64,000 nucleotides of DNA from an uncultured Erysipelotrichia bacterium (GTDB taxonomy: Bacteria > Bacillota_I > Bacilli_A > JBKEDG01): positions 13,527 through 77,526 of the forward strand of contig CAZQIG010000001.1 of the NCBI GenBank assembly GCA_964593055.1, in the 5' to 3' direction. The position numbers were made by a program, and so were the translations under genes. Positions 18,918 through 29,174 of the stretch are shown one piece after another. Numbering within the stretch: position 1 is the stretch's first letter; every line of letters begins with the position of its first letter. The notes under the pieces were generated by a model. The model was given only the letters and a program-made list of their open reading frames with translations, had not been told where the DNA came from and searched no databases.

Positions 18918-19013
18918 CTCACACCTACATTTCTAATTTACTGTAATTATAACATATTAACCTTTTGAGAAGGCGCTTTTTCTGCTATAATAGTTTAGAA
19001 AGAAGGTGAATTT

Positions 19014-20420
19014 ATGGAAGTACAAAAACGTACTAACCTTTTAAAAAATGAAAAAGTTCCTAAAGCATTAACAATAATGGTCATTCCATCTATAATGGCG
19101 AGTATTATTAATCAATTAAATATTGTTATGGATACTTACTTCCTCGGAAATTTTGCTAAATATCCCACAGCTTCGCAAACAGCAACAGCTACATCTATGA
19201 CAATTTTATTACTGATGACAGCTCTTTCTGTAATGCTTGCTATAGGAACAGCAATTACAACTTCACAGCTTTTGGGTCGTAATAAAAAAGCTAAAGTTGA
19301 ACAATATATGGCTAATAGTTTTGTTTATACGTGGATTTTATATACAGTTCTTTTAATCATCCTCCTACCTTTACTCCCATCATTTGTTAGTTTACTTACT
19401 GGAGGATCAAGTGGTGATCTAGTTTATGATAATTCGCTTATTTATTCACAAATTCTTTTAGTAGGCTTTCCAACTGTTATTTTAGCACAATTATCAGCAC
19501 AGACAATACGTGCTGAAGGACAAGCAACTTTAATAGTAAAAATGTCAATTATCCAAATAATTATCAATGCTATTATTAATTATATTTTGATCTCAGATAC
19601 TTTTCCAGCCATATCTTTTTTTGGAACAAACTACGAAGCAGCAGGTGCAGCAATAGCAACAATTATCTCACAAGCATTTATGGCTTTTATGTTAATGCGT
19701 GTACTCTTTAATAGGGAAAAAACTAATTACTACATCAATTTAAAAAACTTGCACTTTGAAAAAAAGTGGCTTCAAGTCTTTAAAAATGGTCTACCACAGT
19801 TTGTTGCTAATACTTTTTTTGCCATAGGTACATTTCTGATTTCTTTAAGTATTGCTCTTTTAAGTATTAGAGAAGGTTACTCAATCGAAGAAAGTGTCAA
19901 TTTGCAAGCTGCTAGTGGAATTACTGTTAGAATCATTATGATGGTCTTCTTACTAGTCAACGGTGGTATTCAAGGTATTCAAGGGTTTGTAGCTTACCAA
20001 TACGGTGCAAATAATAAAATCCGTTTAAAAGAAAGCATGACTATAATTCGTAAGTCAGCATTTGTAACAGGAATTATTTTCTTTTTCATCGTCTTTTTAG
20101 GTGCTGAAAGAATTGCACAAATTTTTACTAGCAATCAAGAAGTAATTGATTATGTGGCACTTTCTCTTCGCTTTTTTGGACTAACAGTGCTATTTTTCCC
20201 TAGTGCACACGCACTATTTGGACTTGCAGCAGCTTTAGGAAAACCAAAAATTGCTATTATATTTACAGTTATACGTGATGGTATTCTCTTTTCAAGTTGT
20301 GCAATTGTTTTACCACTCATCTTTTCTGAAATAGGTGTCATGATTACTATGCCAACATCACTTCTTATCGGTTCTATTTTTATTATTATTTTTGGACATA
20401 AAATTACTAATTTAGCCTAA
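19014..20420 (+). CDS. MATE family efflux transporter
   Basis: A 468-aa protein of about 12 TM segments with MATE-like duplicated halves. The RBS is GAAGGTG. Confidence 0.8.
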   Translation: MEVQKRTNLLKNEKVPKALTIMVIPSIMASIINQLNIVMDTYFLGNFAKYPTASQTATATSMTILLLMTALSVMLAIGTAITTSQLLGRNKKAKVEQYMANSFVYTWILYTVLLIILLPLLPSFVSLLTGGSSGDLVYDNSLIYSQILLVGFPTVILAQLSAQTIRAEGQATLIVKMSIIQIIINAIINYILISDTFPAISFFGTNYEAAGAAIATIISQAFMAFMLMRVLFNREKTNYYINLKNLHFEKKWLQVFKNGLPQFVANTFFAIGTFLISLSIALLSIREGYSIEESVNLQAASGITVRIIMMVFLLVNGGIQGIQGFVAYQYGANNKIRLKESMTIIRKSAFVTGIIFFFIVFLGAERIAQIFTSNQEVIDYVALSLRFFGLTVLFFPSAHALFGLAAALGKPKIAIIFTVIRDGILFSSCAIVLPLIFSEIGVMITMPTSLLIGSIFIIIFGHKITNLA

Positions 20421-20430
20421 GGAGGTTAAA

Positions 20431-21051
20431 ATGAAAATTTATGATATTTCTGCTACAATTTCTCCACAAATCGTAACTTATAATAATGAAGATAAACCTG
20501 AAATAAAAAAAATAGCACAAATCGCTCTTGGACAACCTTGTAATATCACACAAATTAATTTTAATGTCCATACTGCAACACATGTCGATGCTTTTAGTCA
20601 TTTTAGTGATAACCAAAGTTCTATTGAAAAAATAGCTTTAGAACACTTTATCGGTCATGCTCAAGTTATTTACATTGAAGCTCCTTTAATTACTAAAGAA
20701 CACTTAAAAGCTATTTCTATTCAAAAAGGTGATCGTCTATTATTTAAAACTAATAATAGTAAACTCAATAAAAATGTTTTTGAAAAAAACTATACTGCTC
20801 TTAGTCTTGAAGCTGCTAATTACTTAGTAGAAAAAAAGATTAGTTTAGTTGGTATAGACTATTTATCAATCGAAGCTTTTGATTCAACTAATTACTTCGT
20901 TCATAAAACTCTCTTGAAAAATAATATTGTTATTCTAGAAGGATTAGTTTTAAAAGATGTCAAACCAGGAAATTATGAATTAATTGCTTTACCACTTAAA
21001 ATTTCTAATAGTGATGGTTCACCAGTCCGCGCTATTCTAAGAACGCTTTAA
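20431..21051 (+). CDS. Cyclase family protein (kynurenine formamidase-like, PF04199-type)
   Basis: It has an HxGTHxDxxxH-like motif (VHTATHVDAFSHF) and RBS AGGAGG. It sits 10 nt after the MATE stop, so the two are co-transcribed. Confidence 0.65.
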   Translation: MKIYDISATISPQIVTYNNEDKPEIKKIAQIALGQPCNITQINFNVHTATHVDAFSHFSDNQSSIEKIALEHFIGHAQVIYIEAPLITKEHLKAISIQKGDRLLFKTNNSKLNKNVFEKNYTALSLEAANYLVEKKISLVGIDYLSIEAFDSTNYFVHKTLLKNNIVILEGLVLKDVKPGNYELIALPLKISNSDGSPVRAILRTL

Positions 21052-21116
21052 AAGAAAAAGACTTTATAAACAAGTCTTTTTTTAATTAAAAAAGAAGCTT
21101 ACGCTTCTTTAAAAAA
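21052..21116. terminator. Two back-to-back intrinsic terminators (convergent genes)
   Basis: The hairpin AAAAAGACTT-TATAAAC-AAGTCTTTTTTT serves the plus-strand gene. The hairpin GAAGC-TTAC-GCTTC, flanked by A/T runs, serves the minus-strand pyr operon. Confidence 0.5.
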
Positions 21117-21620
21117 TTTTGTTTTCTTTAAAACTACAACAGTCGGTACAATGATTAATAACTGTATCAATATTCCTATAAATCCTGTAGAAATAGCTGC
21201 TACGATATAAGCTATAGGTGCCAGCATCGTAACTTGGAATACTTTTGTTAAAACTAAAACTACTAATAAAGCTATAAAGCGACCCGCTATCATACTAACT
21301 ACTAATGAAAAATAAATATTTTTATGAAATGCTTGATATAGCGTGTTTGCTACTAACGCATATGTAGTGAGTTCAAAAATCATTATTGGTAACATTGGTA
21401 CTGTCATAGGCATACCTGTCAACACATTACTTATAATGGGTGTTAAAAATCCTACTAAAATTGCATATTTGCGTTTTAACACAAACCCACCTATTAAAAT
21501 TGGCAAATGCATCGGTAAAAGCACATTACCTGCAGCAATTAAATGTGTAAATAATGGTAAAATAACTCCAATAGAAATTAAAAGTGCCGTAATTAAAATC
21601 TGTCTTAAATCTCTTTTCAT
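21099..21620 (-). CDS. Small polytopic membrane protein, ECF-transporter S-component-like, last gene of the pyr operon
   Basis: A 173-aa protein with 5-6 TM helices. Its ATG abuts the pyrE stop, so it is translationally coupled. Its substrate is unknown. Confidence 0.5.
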   Translation of the reverse strand: MKRDLRQILITALLISIGVILPLFTHLIAAGNVLLPMHLPILIGGFVLKRKYAILVGFLTPIISNVLTGMPMTVPMLPIMIFELTTYALVANTLYQAFHKNIYFSLVVSMIAGRFIALLVVLVLTKVFQVTMLAPIAYIVAAISTGFIGILIQLLIIVPTVVVLKKTKFFKEA

Positions 21621-22232
21621 CTATGCATCCAAACTTTTAATAAAATCCTCAATAATATTTGTATCAGAAGCACTAATATAGTTTTTAGCAGTTGCTACTG
21701 CTAATAAATCTTCAATATTAGCTAAAGAATAATAGTCAACACCGACACTTGCAAAATTATCTTGCGCTTTTTTCAAACCATACGTAAAAATACTAACAAC
21801 TCCTAAAACTTCGATTCCTAAAGCTTGTAAAGTCTTAACTACTTCAATAGAACTTGAACCAGTAGAAATCAAATCTTCAATAACAACTACTTTTTGTCCT
21901 TCTAACAGCTTACCTTCAATCTTATTTTGACGTCCATGATCTTTCGAACTCGCACGTACATAAGCATTAGGAAGTTCTAATAAATGTGCCACAATTGCAG
22001 CATGACCAATACCTGCTGTAGCAGTTCCTACAACTGCATCACATTCACTAAATGTTTCTTTTACTTTATCTCCAATAGCTTTTTCAATTATCGTTCTTGC
22101 TTTAACATTTGATAAAACTAAACGATTATCGCAATATATTGGGGATTTAATCCCACTAGCCCATGTAAAAAGATCTTTAGGGCTTAAAAACACTGCTTCA
22201 ATTTCTAATAATAATTCAGCTACTTGATTCAT
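21621..22232 (-). CDS. pyrE: Orotate phosphoribosyltransferase
   Basis: The PRPP-binding motif VVIEDLISTGSS is present. The start was set at MNQVAELL with RBS GGAGGT. Confidence 0.9.
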   Translation of the reverse strand: MNQVAELLLEIEAVFLSPKDLFTWASGIKSPIYCDNRLVLSNVKARTIIEKAIGDKVKETFSECDAVVGTATAGIGHAAIVAHLLELPNAYVRASSKDHGRQNKIEGKLLEGQKVVVIEDLISTGSSSIEVVKTLQALGIEVLGVVSIFTYGLKKAQDNFASVGVDYYSLANIEDLLAVATAKNYISASDTNIIEDFIKSLDA

Positions 22233-22233
22233 C

Positions 22234-22908
22234 TTAACCTCCAAATAATTCACTGCATTTTTGATAAGCTTTTACAACATCATCACTGCTAGTAATACTA
22301 CGTCCTACAACGATATAATCAGAACCCATTTCGGCTGCTTTTTGTGGCGTTGCAACACGTTTTTGATCACTTACATCATCTCCTACAAGACGAATACCAG
22401 GAGTAATACAGTTAATATTAACTTGACTTTTTATTTGTGAAACTTCATTAGGTGAACAAATCACACCATAAATTTCATTTTCACTAGCTATTTTTGCTAA
22501 ATGAATAACTTGATCTGCTAAAGCTTTTTGGACATTCAACTCATTATGTAAAATTGCTTCATCAATTGATGTTAAAACTGTTACCGCTAAAATCTTAGTA
22601 TCACTACCATTTAAAGCTTCTTTAGCAGCACGTAACATCTCACTTCCTCCAGAAGCATGTACCGTAACAAAATCTACACCTAAACTTTTAATACTATTCA
22701 TAGCTTTATGAACAGTATTAGGAATATCGTGTAATTTTAAATCAAGGAAGATCTTATGCCCTAAATTTTTAGCATAGCGTACAATTTCTGGTCCTTCTTT
22801 ATAAAACAATTCCATCCCTATTTTTAAAAACAATTTTTCATCAAACTTAGATAAAAACTTTACAAATTCTTCTTTATCAGAAAAATCACAAGCAATGATT
22901 ACTTTCAT
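22234..22908 (-). CDS. pyrF: Orotidine-5'-phosphate decarboxylase
   Basis: The motifs IIACDF...LKLHDIPNT...VTVH are present. The start was set at MKVIIACDF with RBS GGAGGTG. Confidence 0.9.
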   Translation of the reverse strand: MKVIIACDFSDKEEFVKFLSKFDEKLFLKIGMELFYKEGPEIVRYAKNLGHKIFLDLKLHDIPNTVHKAMNSIKSLGVDFVTVHASGGSEMLRAAKEALNGSDTKILAVTVLTSIDEAILHNELNVQKALADQVIHLAKIASENEIYGVICSPNEVSQIKSQVNINCITPGIRLVGDDVSDQKRVATPQKAAEMGSDYIVVGRSITSSDDVVKAYQKCSELFGG

Positions 22909-23806
22909 GAGCACCTCCAATAATTTCTTTTAAATTATTAATTCCTAACTCTTCTTTGATTAAACTTAAATCTTCAATAATTTTTTTACTCCCAAATGGA
23001 TCTATTAAATTTAAAGTACCTACTTGTACGGCACTAGCTCCTGCTAACATCATTTCAATAACATCACTAGCATTCATAACACCACCACAGCCAATAATAG
23101 GAATACTAACTGCTTCATAAACATCATAAATCATTCTTATCGCAATAGGTTTAATCGCAGGTCCACTAAATCCACCTTTTTTATTAAACAAGACCGGCTT
23201 ACGGGTTTTCAAATCAATCTTCATTCCAATCAATGTATTGATTAAAACTAACCCATCTGCTCCTGCTTGTTCACAAGTTTTAGCCATCGTAACAATATCT
23301 GTTACATTAGGACTCAACTTCATATAAATTGGTTTAGAAGTAACAGTTTTCAATTTTTCTACAAGCTCACGTAAAATATTTTCATCGCTTCCAAAAGCAA
23401 TTCCACCTTCACTAACATTTGGACAGCTAACATTAACTTCTAAAGCTCCTACGATAGCTTCCTTATCTAAAATTTTAGCTACTTCTAAATATTCTTCAAT
23501 ACTACTACCACTAATATTTGCTAAAACCTTTTTATCATACACAGCACTCAGCTTGACAAACTCTTGTTCAACAACTTTTTCTACACCTGGATTTTGTAAA
23601 CCGATTGAGTTTAACATACCTTTTTCAACTTCTGCAATACGTGGTGTTTGATTTCCAAAACGTGAACTCTTAGTAATAGCTTTTGTCGCAAATGACCCTA
23701 AAATATTAATATCGTAAAATTCACAAAACTCATAACCATAACCGAAAGTTCCAGAAGCAGGTATAATTGGATTATCAAGTTCTAATCCTGGTATTTTAAT
23801 TTTCAT
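22886..23806 (-). CDS. pyrD: Dihydroorotate dehydrogenase 1B catalytic subunit
   Basis: It has the class 1 DHOD motifs (NPIIPASGTFGYG; active-site Cys in NVSCPN). Confidence 0.9.
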   Translation of the reverse strand: MKIKIPGLELDNPIIPASGTFGYGYEFCEFYDINILGSFATKAITKSSRFGNQTPRIAEVEKGMLNSIGLQNPGVEKVVEQEFVKLSAVYDKKVLANISGSSIEEYLEVAKILDKEAIVGALEVNVSCPNVSEGGIAFGSDENILRELVEKLKTVTSKPIYMKLSPNVTDIVTMAKTCEQAGADGLVLINTLIGMKIDLKTRKPVLFNKKGGFSGPAIKPIAIRMIYDVYEAVSIPIIGCGGVMNASDVIEMMLAGASAVQVGTLNLIDPFGSKKIIEDLSLIKEELGINNLKEIIGGAHESNHCL

Positions 23807-24509
23807 TAATAACCTCACTTTCTAAAACCGGTCCTTCTTTACAAACTCTAATTGAGCCAGTTTTTGTTAACTTACTACATCCCATACATGCTCCAAAACC
23901 ACAACCCATACGTTCCTCAAATGAAAGTTGTCCACGTTGAGGTAATTTTACTAAACTTAGCAACATTTTTTCTGGACCACAGCTATAATAATAATCAAAA
24001 GTTTCATCTTTTAAATACATTACTGGATTACCTTTAACTCCATAACTTCCATCATCAGTTGTAATAACTACTTCACAACCAAGTTTCTTAAATTCTTCTT
24101 CAAAAAAAACATCATCTTTACTCACAAAACCTAGTATCACTTTAGGTTTATTTAACTTTTTAGCTAAATTGTAAAGGGGAGGTATACCTACACCACCACC
24201 AACTAAAACAGTGTGTTTTTCATCAACGATTGTAAATCCATTACCTAAACCTACTAAAATATCTAGTTGCTCACCTTTTTGATACGTACTAAGTTTCTTA
24301 GTTCCTTCTCCTAAAATTTTATAAATGATAGTGATTGTTGATTCATCGTAGTCACAAATACTAATAGGACGTCTTAAGAAAAAACCATCAATGAGAATAT
24401 TAATAAACTGACCACTTTTCTCAATACTTTTAGTATCACCTGCTAAAACCATTTTATATGTTTTATTGGCAATTAATTCATTACTAGTAACATCATAAAT
24501 ACTATTCAT
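23796..24509 (-). CDS. pyrK: Dihydroorotate dehydrogenase electron-transfer subunit
   Basis: It has an FAD/NAD-binding fold and a C-terminal 2Fe-2S Cys cluster (CGFGACMGCSK...C). Confidence 0.85.
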   Translation of the reverse strand: MNSIYDVTSNELIANKTYKMVLAGDTKSIEKSGQFINILIDGFFLRRPISICDYDESTITIIYKILGEGTKKLSTYQKGEQLDILVGLGNGFTIVDEKHTVLVGGGVGIPPLYNLAKKLNKPKVILGFVSKDDVFFEEEFKKLGCEVVITTDDGSYGVKGNPVMYLKDETFDYYYSCGPEKMLLSLVKLPQRGQLSFEERMGCGFGACMGCSKLTKTGSIRVCKEGPVLESEVINEN

Positions 24510-25788
24510 CTAAACCCTCCATATAACTATTTTTAGCATCATAAACGATTTTACCATCAACAAGAGTCATAATAGGAAATCCATAACATTCACGGTTATT
24601 AAATGGTGTGTTTTTACCTTTAGAATAAAATTTTTCTGCATCTATACGTCGTGAATTTTTAATATCAATAACTGTTAAATCAGCTATTCTTCCTTCGTGA
24701 ATATGACCGTATTTTAAATTTAAAATTCTTGCAGGATTAACACTAAACCATTCAATAGCTTGCTGAATAGTTGCAAGACCTGTCTTAACAAAATAAGTAT
24801 AAATTAGTGGGAAAGCTGTTTCTAAACCGACAATTCCAAAAGGCGCTTTAGCTAAACCACTTTCTTTCTCATTTTTAGTATGCGGGGCATGATCAGTCGC
24901 GATGACTTCAATTGTACCATCTAATAACCCATTAATTAAAGCGTATTTATCATCTAAGCCTCGAACAGGAGGATTCATTTTATAATTGCTGTCGACTACT
25001 TCAGCATCTGTTAATAGTAAATGATGTGGTGTAACTTCTGCACTAACATATGCTCCCCTCTTTTTAGCTAGTCTTACTTGCTCAACACTTTCTTTTGTTG
25101 AAATATGGCACACGTGATAACGACATTTTGTTGCTTCACTAATTAAAACATCACGTGCTACTTGTAATGACTCTGTTAAGGAATGAATCCCTTTCCAACC
25201 TTCTTGTTCACTTTTTACACCTGCGTGAACGTAGCCATTATATAATAATGATTCCTCTTCACAGTGTGCACTAATTAAACACTCATTCAAATAAGACTCT
25301 TTCATTGCTTGATACATCGTATGTGCACTTTGAATCCCTACACCATCATTTGTAAAACCACAGACAAAAGTACTAAGTGCTTGCATATCAACTAGCTCAT
25401 CTTCATTACTAAACTTTTTTGTAATAGCAGCATATGTCTTAACTTTAACAATTGCATCTTTTTTCACACGTTCATAAAAATCCATCACTAAATCTAAATT
25501 ATCGATAATCGGTTTCGTATTAGGCATTGCACAAATATAAGTATACCCTCCTGCTGCTGCTGCTCTACTTCCTGTTTTAATCGTTTCTTTATGTTCATAT
25601 CCTGGCTCTCGTAGATGGACATGCATATCAATGAATCCAGGACTTACTAGGTTTTCTTCAACATCTATTATTAAATCATCTTCTTCAGTTAAATGCTCTG
25701 ATATCTTAATAATTTTATCACCTTTGATTTTTAAGTCACGCACTACTAAGTCATTATTATAAACAATTAAACAGTTCTTTAAAATCAT
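24502..25788 (-). CDS. pyrC: Dihydroorotase
   Basis: The amidohydrolase motifs DMHVHLREPG and HxxxH are present. Confidence 0.9.
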   Translation of the reverse strand: MILKNCLIVYNNDLVVRDLKIKGDKIIKISEHLTEEDDLIIDVEENLVSPGFIDMHVHLREPGYEHKETIKTGSRAAAAGGYTYICAMPNTKPIIDNLDLVMDFYERVKKDAIVKVKTYAAITKKFSNEDELVDMQALSTFVCGFTNDGVGIQSAHTMYQAMKESYLNECLISAHCEEESLLYNGYVHAGVKSEQEGWKGIHSLTESLQVARDVLISEATKCRYHVCHISTKESVEQVRLAKKRGAYVSAEVTPHHLLLTDAEVVDSNYKMNPPVRGLDDKYALINGLLDGTIEVIATDHAPHTKNEKESGLAKAPFGIVGLETAFPLIYTYFVKTGLATIQQAIEWFSVNPARILNLKYGHIHEGRIADLTVIDIKNSRRIDAEKFYSKGKNTPFNNRECYGFPIMTLVDGKIVYDAKNSYMEGLDE

Positions 25789-26654
25789 TTATTTCTCAAC
25801 GCCTCATCAATTAATGCCATACGCATATAAACACCATTTGTCATTTGCTCAAAAATCACTGATTTATCACACTCAACAACTTCATCGCTAATTTCTGTAC
25901 CGCGATTAAAAGGCGCAGGATGCATAATAATCGCATTATCTTTCATTTTAGCAACCTTATCTGCTGTTAATCCATACTTTTCTAAATACTCTTGTTGATT
26001 TAAATTAATGTTATACCCATGTCTTTCAAATTGTACACGTAATAACATAATAACATCCATCTCATGAATAGCTTCTTCATAGTTAATAAAATTAGCACTA
26101 TTATCATTTAAAGATTCCGGTCCACTAATAAATACTTCCATTCCTAACTTTTCCATAATCTTAGCATTTGTATGCGCTACACGCGAATGCATAATATCTC
26201 CTACAATAGCAATTTTCAAACCAGCAAATTTATTAAAACGCTCATAAATTGTCATTAAATCTAAAAGTGATTGTGTCGGATGGTTTCCTGTACCATCTCC
26301 ACCACTCAAAATAGGAATGCCAATACCATCTAGTTGTTTATAATACTCATTTTGAGGATGTCTAATAACTGCTAAATCATATCCTAAAGCTTCAAAAGTT
26401 TTCACAGTATCATACAAACTCTCACCTTTTTTAATACTAGAATACTCCATATTAACATTTGTAACTTTCATATTGAAATTTTGTTGTGCACTTACAAAAC
26501 TATAATGTGTACGAGTACTTGGTTCATAAAATAAATTTACCGCTTTTAAGTTTCCATAATCTAGTGTTTTACCATTTTTAAACTCTTGAGCACGCTTAAT
26601 TAAACTTACAATCTTATCATAATCATATCCATCTAAATTAAATAAATTTTTCAT
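25785..26654 (-). CDS. pyrB: Aspartate carbamoyltransferase catalytic subunit
   Basis: It has STRTHYSF (STRTR-like) and HPxP motifs. The start was set at MKNLFNL with RBS GAGGAGAG. Confidence 0.9.
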   Translation of the reverse strand: MKNLFNLDGYDYDKIVSLIKRAQEFKNGKTLDYGNLKAVNLFYEPSTRTHYSFVSAQQNFNMKVTNVNMEYSSIKKGESLYDTVKTFEALGYDLAVIRHPQNEYYKQLDGIGIPILSGGDGTGNHPTQSLLDLMTIYERFNKFAGLKIAIVGDIMHSRVAHTNAKIMEKLGMEVFISGPESLNDNSANFINYEEAIHEMDVIMLLRVQFERHGYNINLNQQEYLEKYGLTADKVAKMKDNAIIMHPAPFNRGTEISDEVVECDKSVIFEQMTNGVYMRMALIDEALRNK

Positions 26655-26716
26655 TTTTCTCTCCTCATAATAAACTTTATAATATAAAAGCAAAATATAA
26701 TTTAACAACTACTAAA

Positions 26717-27238
26717 TTAGTTTATCTCAATATATTCTTTTCCATCAAATTCTTCAATAAAAACATTTACACTTTCTTTCATACTTGTTGGTAAATTCTT
26801 TCCAACAAAATCAGCACGAATTGGTAACTCACGATGACCACGATCAATTAAAACTGCTAACTTAATAGCTACTGGACGACCATTCGCCATCAAAGCATCC
26901 ATTGCTGCTCTAATCGTACGCCCTGTGAACAAAACATCATCTACTAAGATAACCGTTTTTTTGTCAACATCTACATTCAAACCACTCATATCTACTTCAA
27001 CATTTGATTTGTCTTTTACATCATCACGAAAATGTGTAATATCAATTGTAGAAAAAGCTAGCTTATTTCCTTCAAACTCTTCAATATTTTGAACAATTTT
27101 TTTGGCAATAAATTCACCTCTCGTCTTAATGCCCACAACAACAACATCATCTAAATCAGAAATTTTTTCTACTATTTCATGACTTATGCGGCGAATTGTA
27201 CGATTCATACTATTTGCATCTAAAATAATTTTTCCCAT
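26717..27238 (-). CDS. pyrR: Bifunctional pyrimidine operon regulator / uracil phosphoribosyltransferase PyrR
   Basis: It has the PRT motif VILVDDVLFTGRT. The start was set at MGKIILD with RBS AAGGAG. Confidence 0.9.
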   Translation of the reverse strand: MGKIILDANSMNRTIRRISHEIVEKISDLDDVVVVGIKTRGEFIAKKIVQNIEEFEGNKLAFSTIDITHFRDDVKDKSNVEVDMSGLNVDVDKKTVILVDDVLFTGRTIRAAMDALMANGRPVAIKLAVLIDRGHRELPIRADFVGKNLPTSMKESVNVFIEEFDGKEYIEIN

Positions 27239-27261
27239 ACATAATCTCCTTTTCTTTTCAA

Positions 27262-27400
27262 AATAAAAACCTCGCATAATTGCAAGGCAAAAAAGATTAA
27301 ACGTATCCTATTAAATCTTCTTAGCCTCACGGGACCAACTTAAAGTCACTACCAGTTTAACACAATCTAAAACATCATGCAATATTTATTACAACTTTTT
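27262..27400 (-). promoter_or_regulatory. PyrR-binding attenuator in the pyr operon leader
   Basis: On the minus strand, AGUUGGUCCCGUGAGGCUAAG (plus coordinates 27319..27340) matches the PyrR binding-loop consensus (UCC.G.GAGGCU). A downstream hairpin CCUUGCAAUUAUGCGAGG plus a U-tract (27268..27290) precedes the pyrR RBS. Confidence 0.65.
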
Positions 27401-27433
27401 TACGAGCTATGATGATAAGAAATAATTCTATTT

Positions 27434-28060
27434 TCAATAAATCGTTCCAAAACTTTCTTCAATGTCACTTTTACAAGTAGTTTCTAAAATACATAACTTT
27501 AATGCTTCTGTCATCGTAGCTAAAGGCATAGAAAAATATCCCGCTTTTTTTTGTTCACTTGCAAATGGTAAATGGATAAAAATAACTTTACAAGCTACTG
27601 CTTGACTTTTAAACAAAGTATAATAATAAATACTATTACAAACGTAAGTTCCTGCACTATAAGAAATTGTATTAGCAATATTGGCTGAAGTTAATGTTTT
27701 AGACATTCTTTTAATAGGTAATGTTGTGAAGAAAGCCTTTGGTCCATCAATAATAACTTCTTTATCAATAGGTTGATAACCAGCATTATCTTTTATTCTC
27801 GCATCCATTAAATTTATCGCTATTCTTTCTAATGCAATTTCTTTTCTGCCCCCTGCTTGTCCTACTAACAAAATAACACTAGGTTTGTGTAAAGTTAGTA
27901 ATTCATCAATCTGTTTTTTAGAAGCTACAAATTCTGTTTTCAACTCACATTTGATTATCGATAAATTTCCTAGCTTATTTGGCAAAGCTTTTACAGCTTC
28001 ATAAGACGGATTTCTATCTTCACCACCAAAAGGATCAAATCCTGTAACTAAAATATTCAT
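27434..28060 (-). CDS. pcp: Pyrrolidone-carboxylate peptidase
   Basis: It starts MNILVTGFDPFGGE and has the Cys/His catalytic region. Confidence 0.85.
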   Translation of the reverse strand: MNILVTGFDPFGGEDRNPSYEAVKALPNKLGNLSIIKCELKTEFVASKKQIDELLTLHKPSVILLVGQAGGRKEIALERIAINLMDARIKDNAGYQPIDKEVIIDGPKAFFTTLPIKRMSKTLTSANIANTISYSAGTYVCNSIYYYTLFKSQAVACKVIFIHLPFASEQKKAGYFSMPLATMTEALKLCILETTCKSDIEESFGTIY

Positions 28061-28072
28061 AATATCCCTTCC

Positions 28073-29152
28073 TTATTTTAAGAACTTTTCAATTTCACTA
28101 GACAATATTTTTCTCTTAGCAACACTTATTTCCTTACCTAAAAATCCTTTTTTTAAAAAATAGTTGCCATTATATTTAATACTTATATTATCCAAATGCA
28201 GAAATATTTTTTTTAAAAACCTTATATTTTTCTCAATATCTCCTGAAAAAAACATTGCTAACAGTTCAGCATCTAAATTACTTTCATATAAACTCAGTAA
28301 ACTTTTAGCATCGTATTGATAACTGCTATTAAATAGTTTGGTAAGTTTTTTTCTCAATTTTTTCTTCGTAATAAAAAGTGATAATTTTTCTGGCTGATTT
28401 TTAAAAAGATGATAATATCGAAATAATAGCATATTTTCTTGTGAACTAAAATTATTCATATTTAAATGAGAACTTTCTTCAAAAACAAATAATGTTTCTA
28501 ATAAATAAAAATACTTTGTTGCATGTATAAAATATTCTCCTAGTAAAATTTTCTTAAATTCGCTACTGATTCTTTCAATAGAAAGATACTGTAACTCTTC
28601 TTGGAGTTTTTCACAAATTAATAAAGTTTCTGAATCAATTGTAAAATTTAGTTCACTTACAAAACGAATTGCCCGTAAAACTCTTAAAGGATCTTCGATA
28701 AATTTATTACTTACATGGCGTAAAACCTTATTATTTAAATCAAGCACTCCAGAAGTATAATCAAGAATTTGATTACTTTTAAGATCATATAGTAAAGCAT
28801 TGACCGTAAAATCTCTTCTAAGAACAGCTTCTTGAGGTGGAAGATTCTTATCTACGGTAATAGCAAAATCTGTATGTCTATTCCCTATTTTATTTTCTAA
28901 ACGAGGCATTGTAATTTCTAAGTTTAATCCCTCAAGTTTTAATGCGCCAAAATTACCGATTCGTAAAACACTTCCATATTTTGTTAGAATATTAACTAAA
29001 ACATCATAATCAAGATAATATACTTCTAAATCATAATCAAAGCTTACTCTGCCTAATAAATAATCACGTACAAAACCACCTACAAGATAGGCTTTACCAT
29101 TATGAGCTTCAATATCATCTATAATAATTGTAATTTTTTCTAAGACTTCCAT
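28073..29152 (-). CDS. cca: tRNA nucleotidyltransferase (CCA-adding enzyme / polyA polymerase head domain family)
   Basis: The motifs GGFVRDYLLGR...DYDLEV and RDFTVNAL are present. Confidence 0.8.
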   Translation of the reverse strand: MEVLEKITIIIDDIEAHNGKAYLVGGFVRDYLLGRVSFDYDLEVYYLDYDVLVNILTKYGSVLRIGNFGALKLEGLNLEITMPRLENKIGNRHTDFAITVDKNLPPQEAVLRRDFTVNALLYDLKSNQILDYTSGVLDLNNKVLRHVSNKFIEDPLRVLRAIRFVSELNFTIDSETLLICEKLQEELQYLSIERISSEFKKILLGEYFIHATKYFYLLETLFVFEESSHLNMNNFSSQENMLLFRYYHLFKNQPEKLSLFITKKKLRKKLTKLFNSSYQYDAKSLLSLYESNLDAELLAMFFSGDIEKNIRFLKKIFLHLDNISIKYNGNYFLKKGFLGKEISVAKRKILSSEIEKFLK

Positions 29153-29174
29153 GTCTCAATTATAACACACTAAG

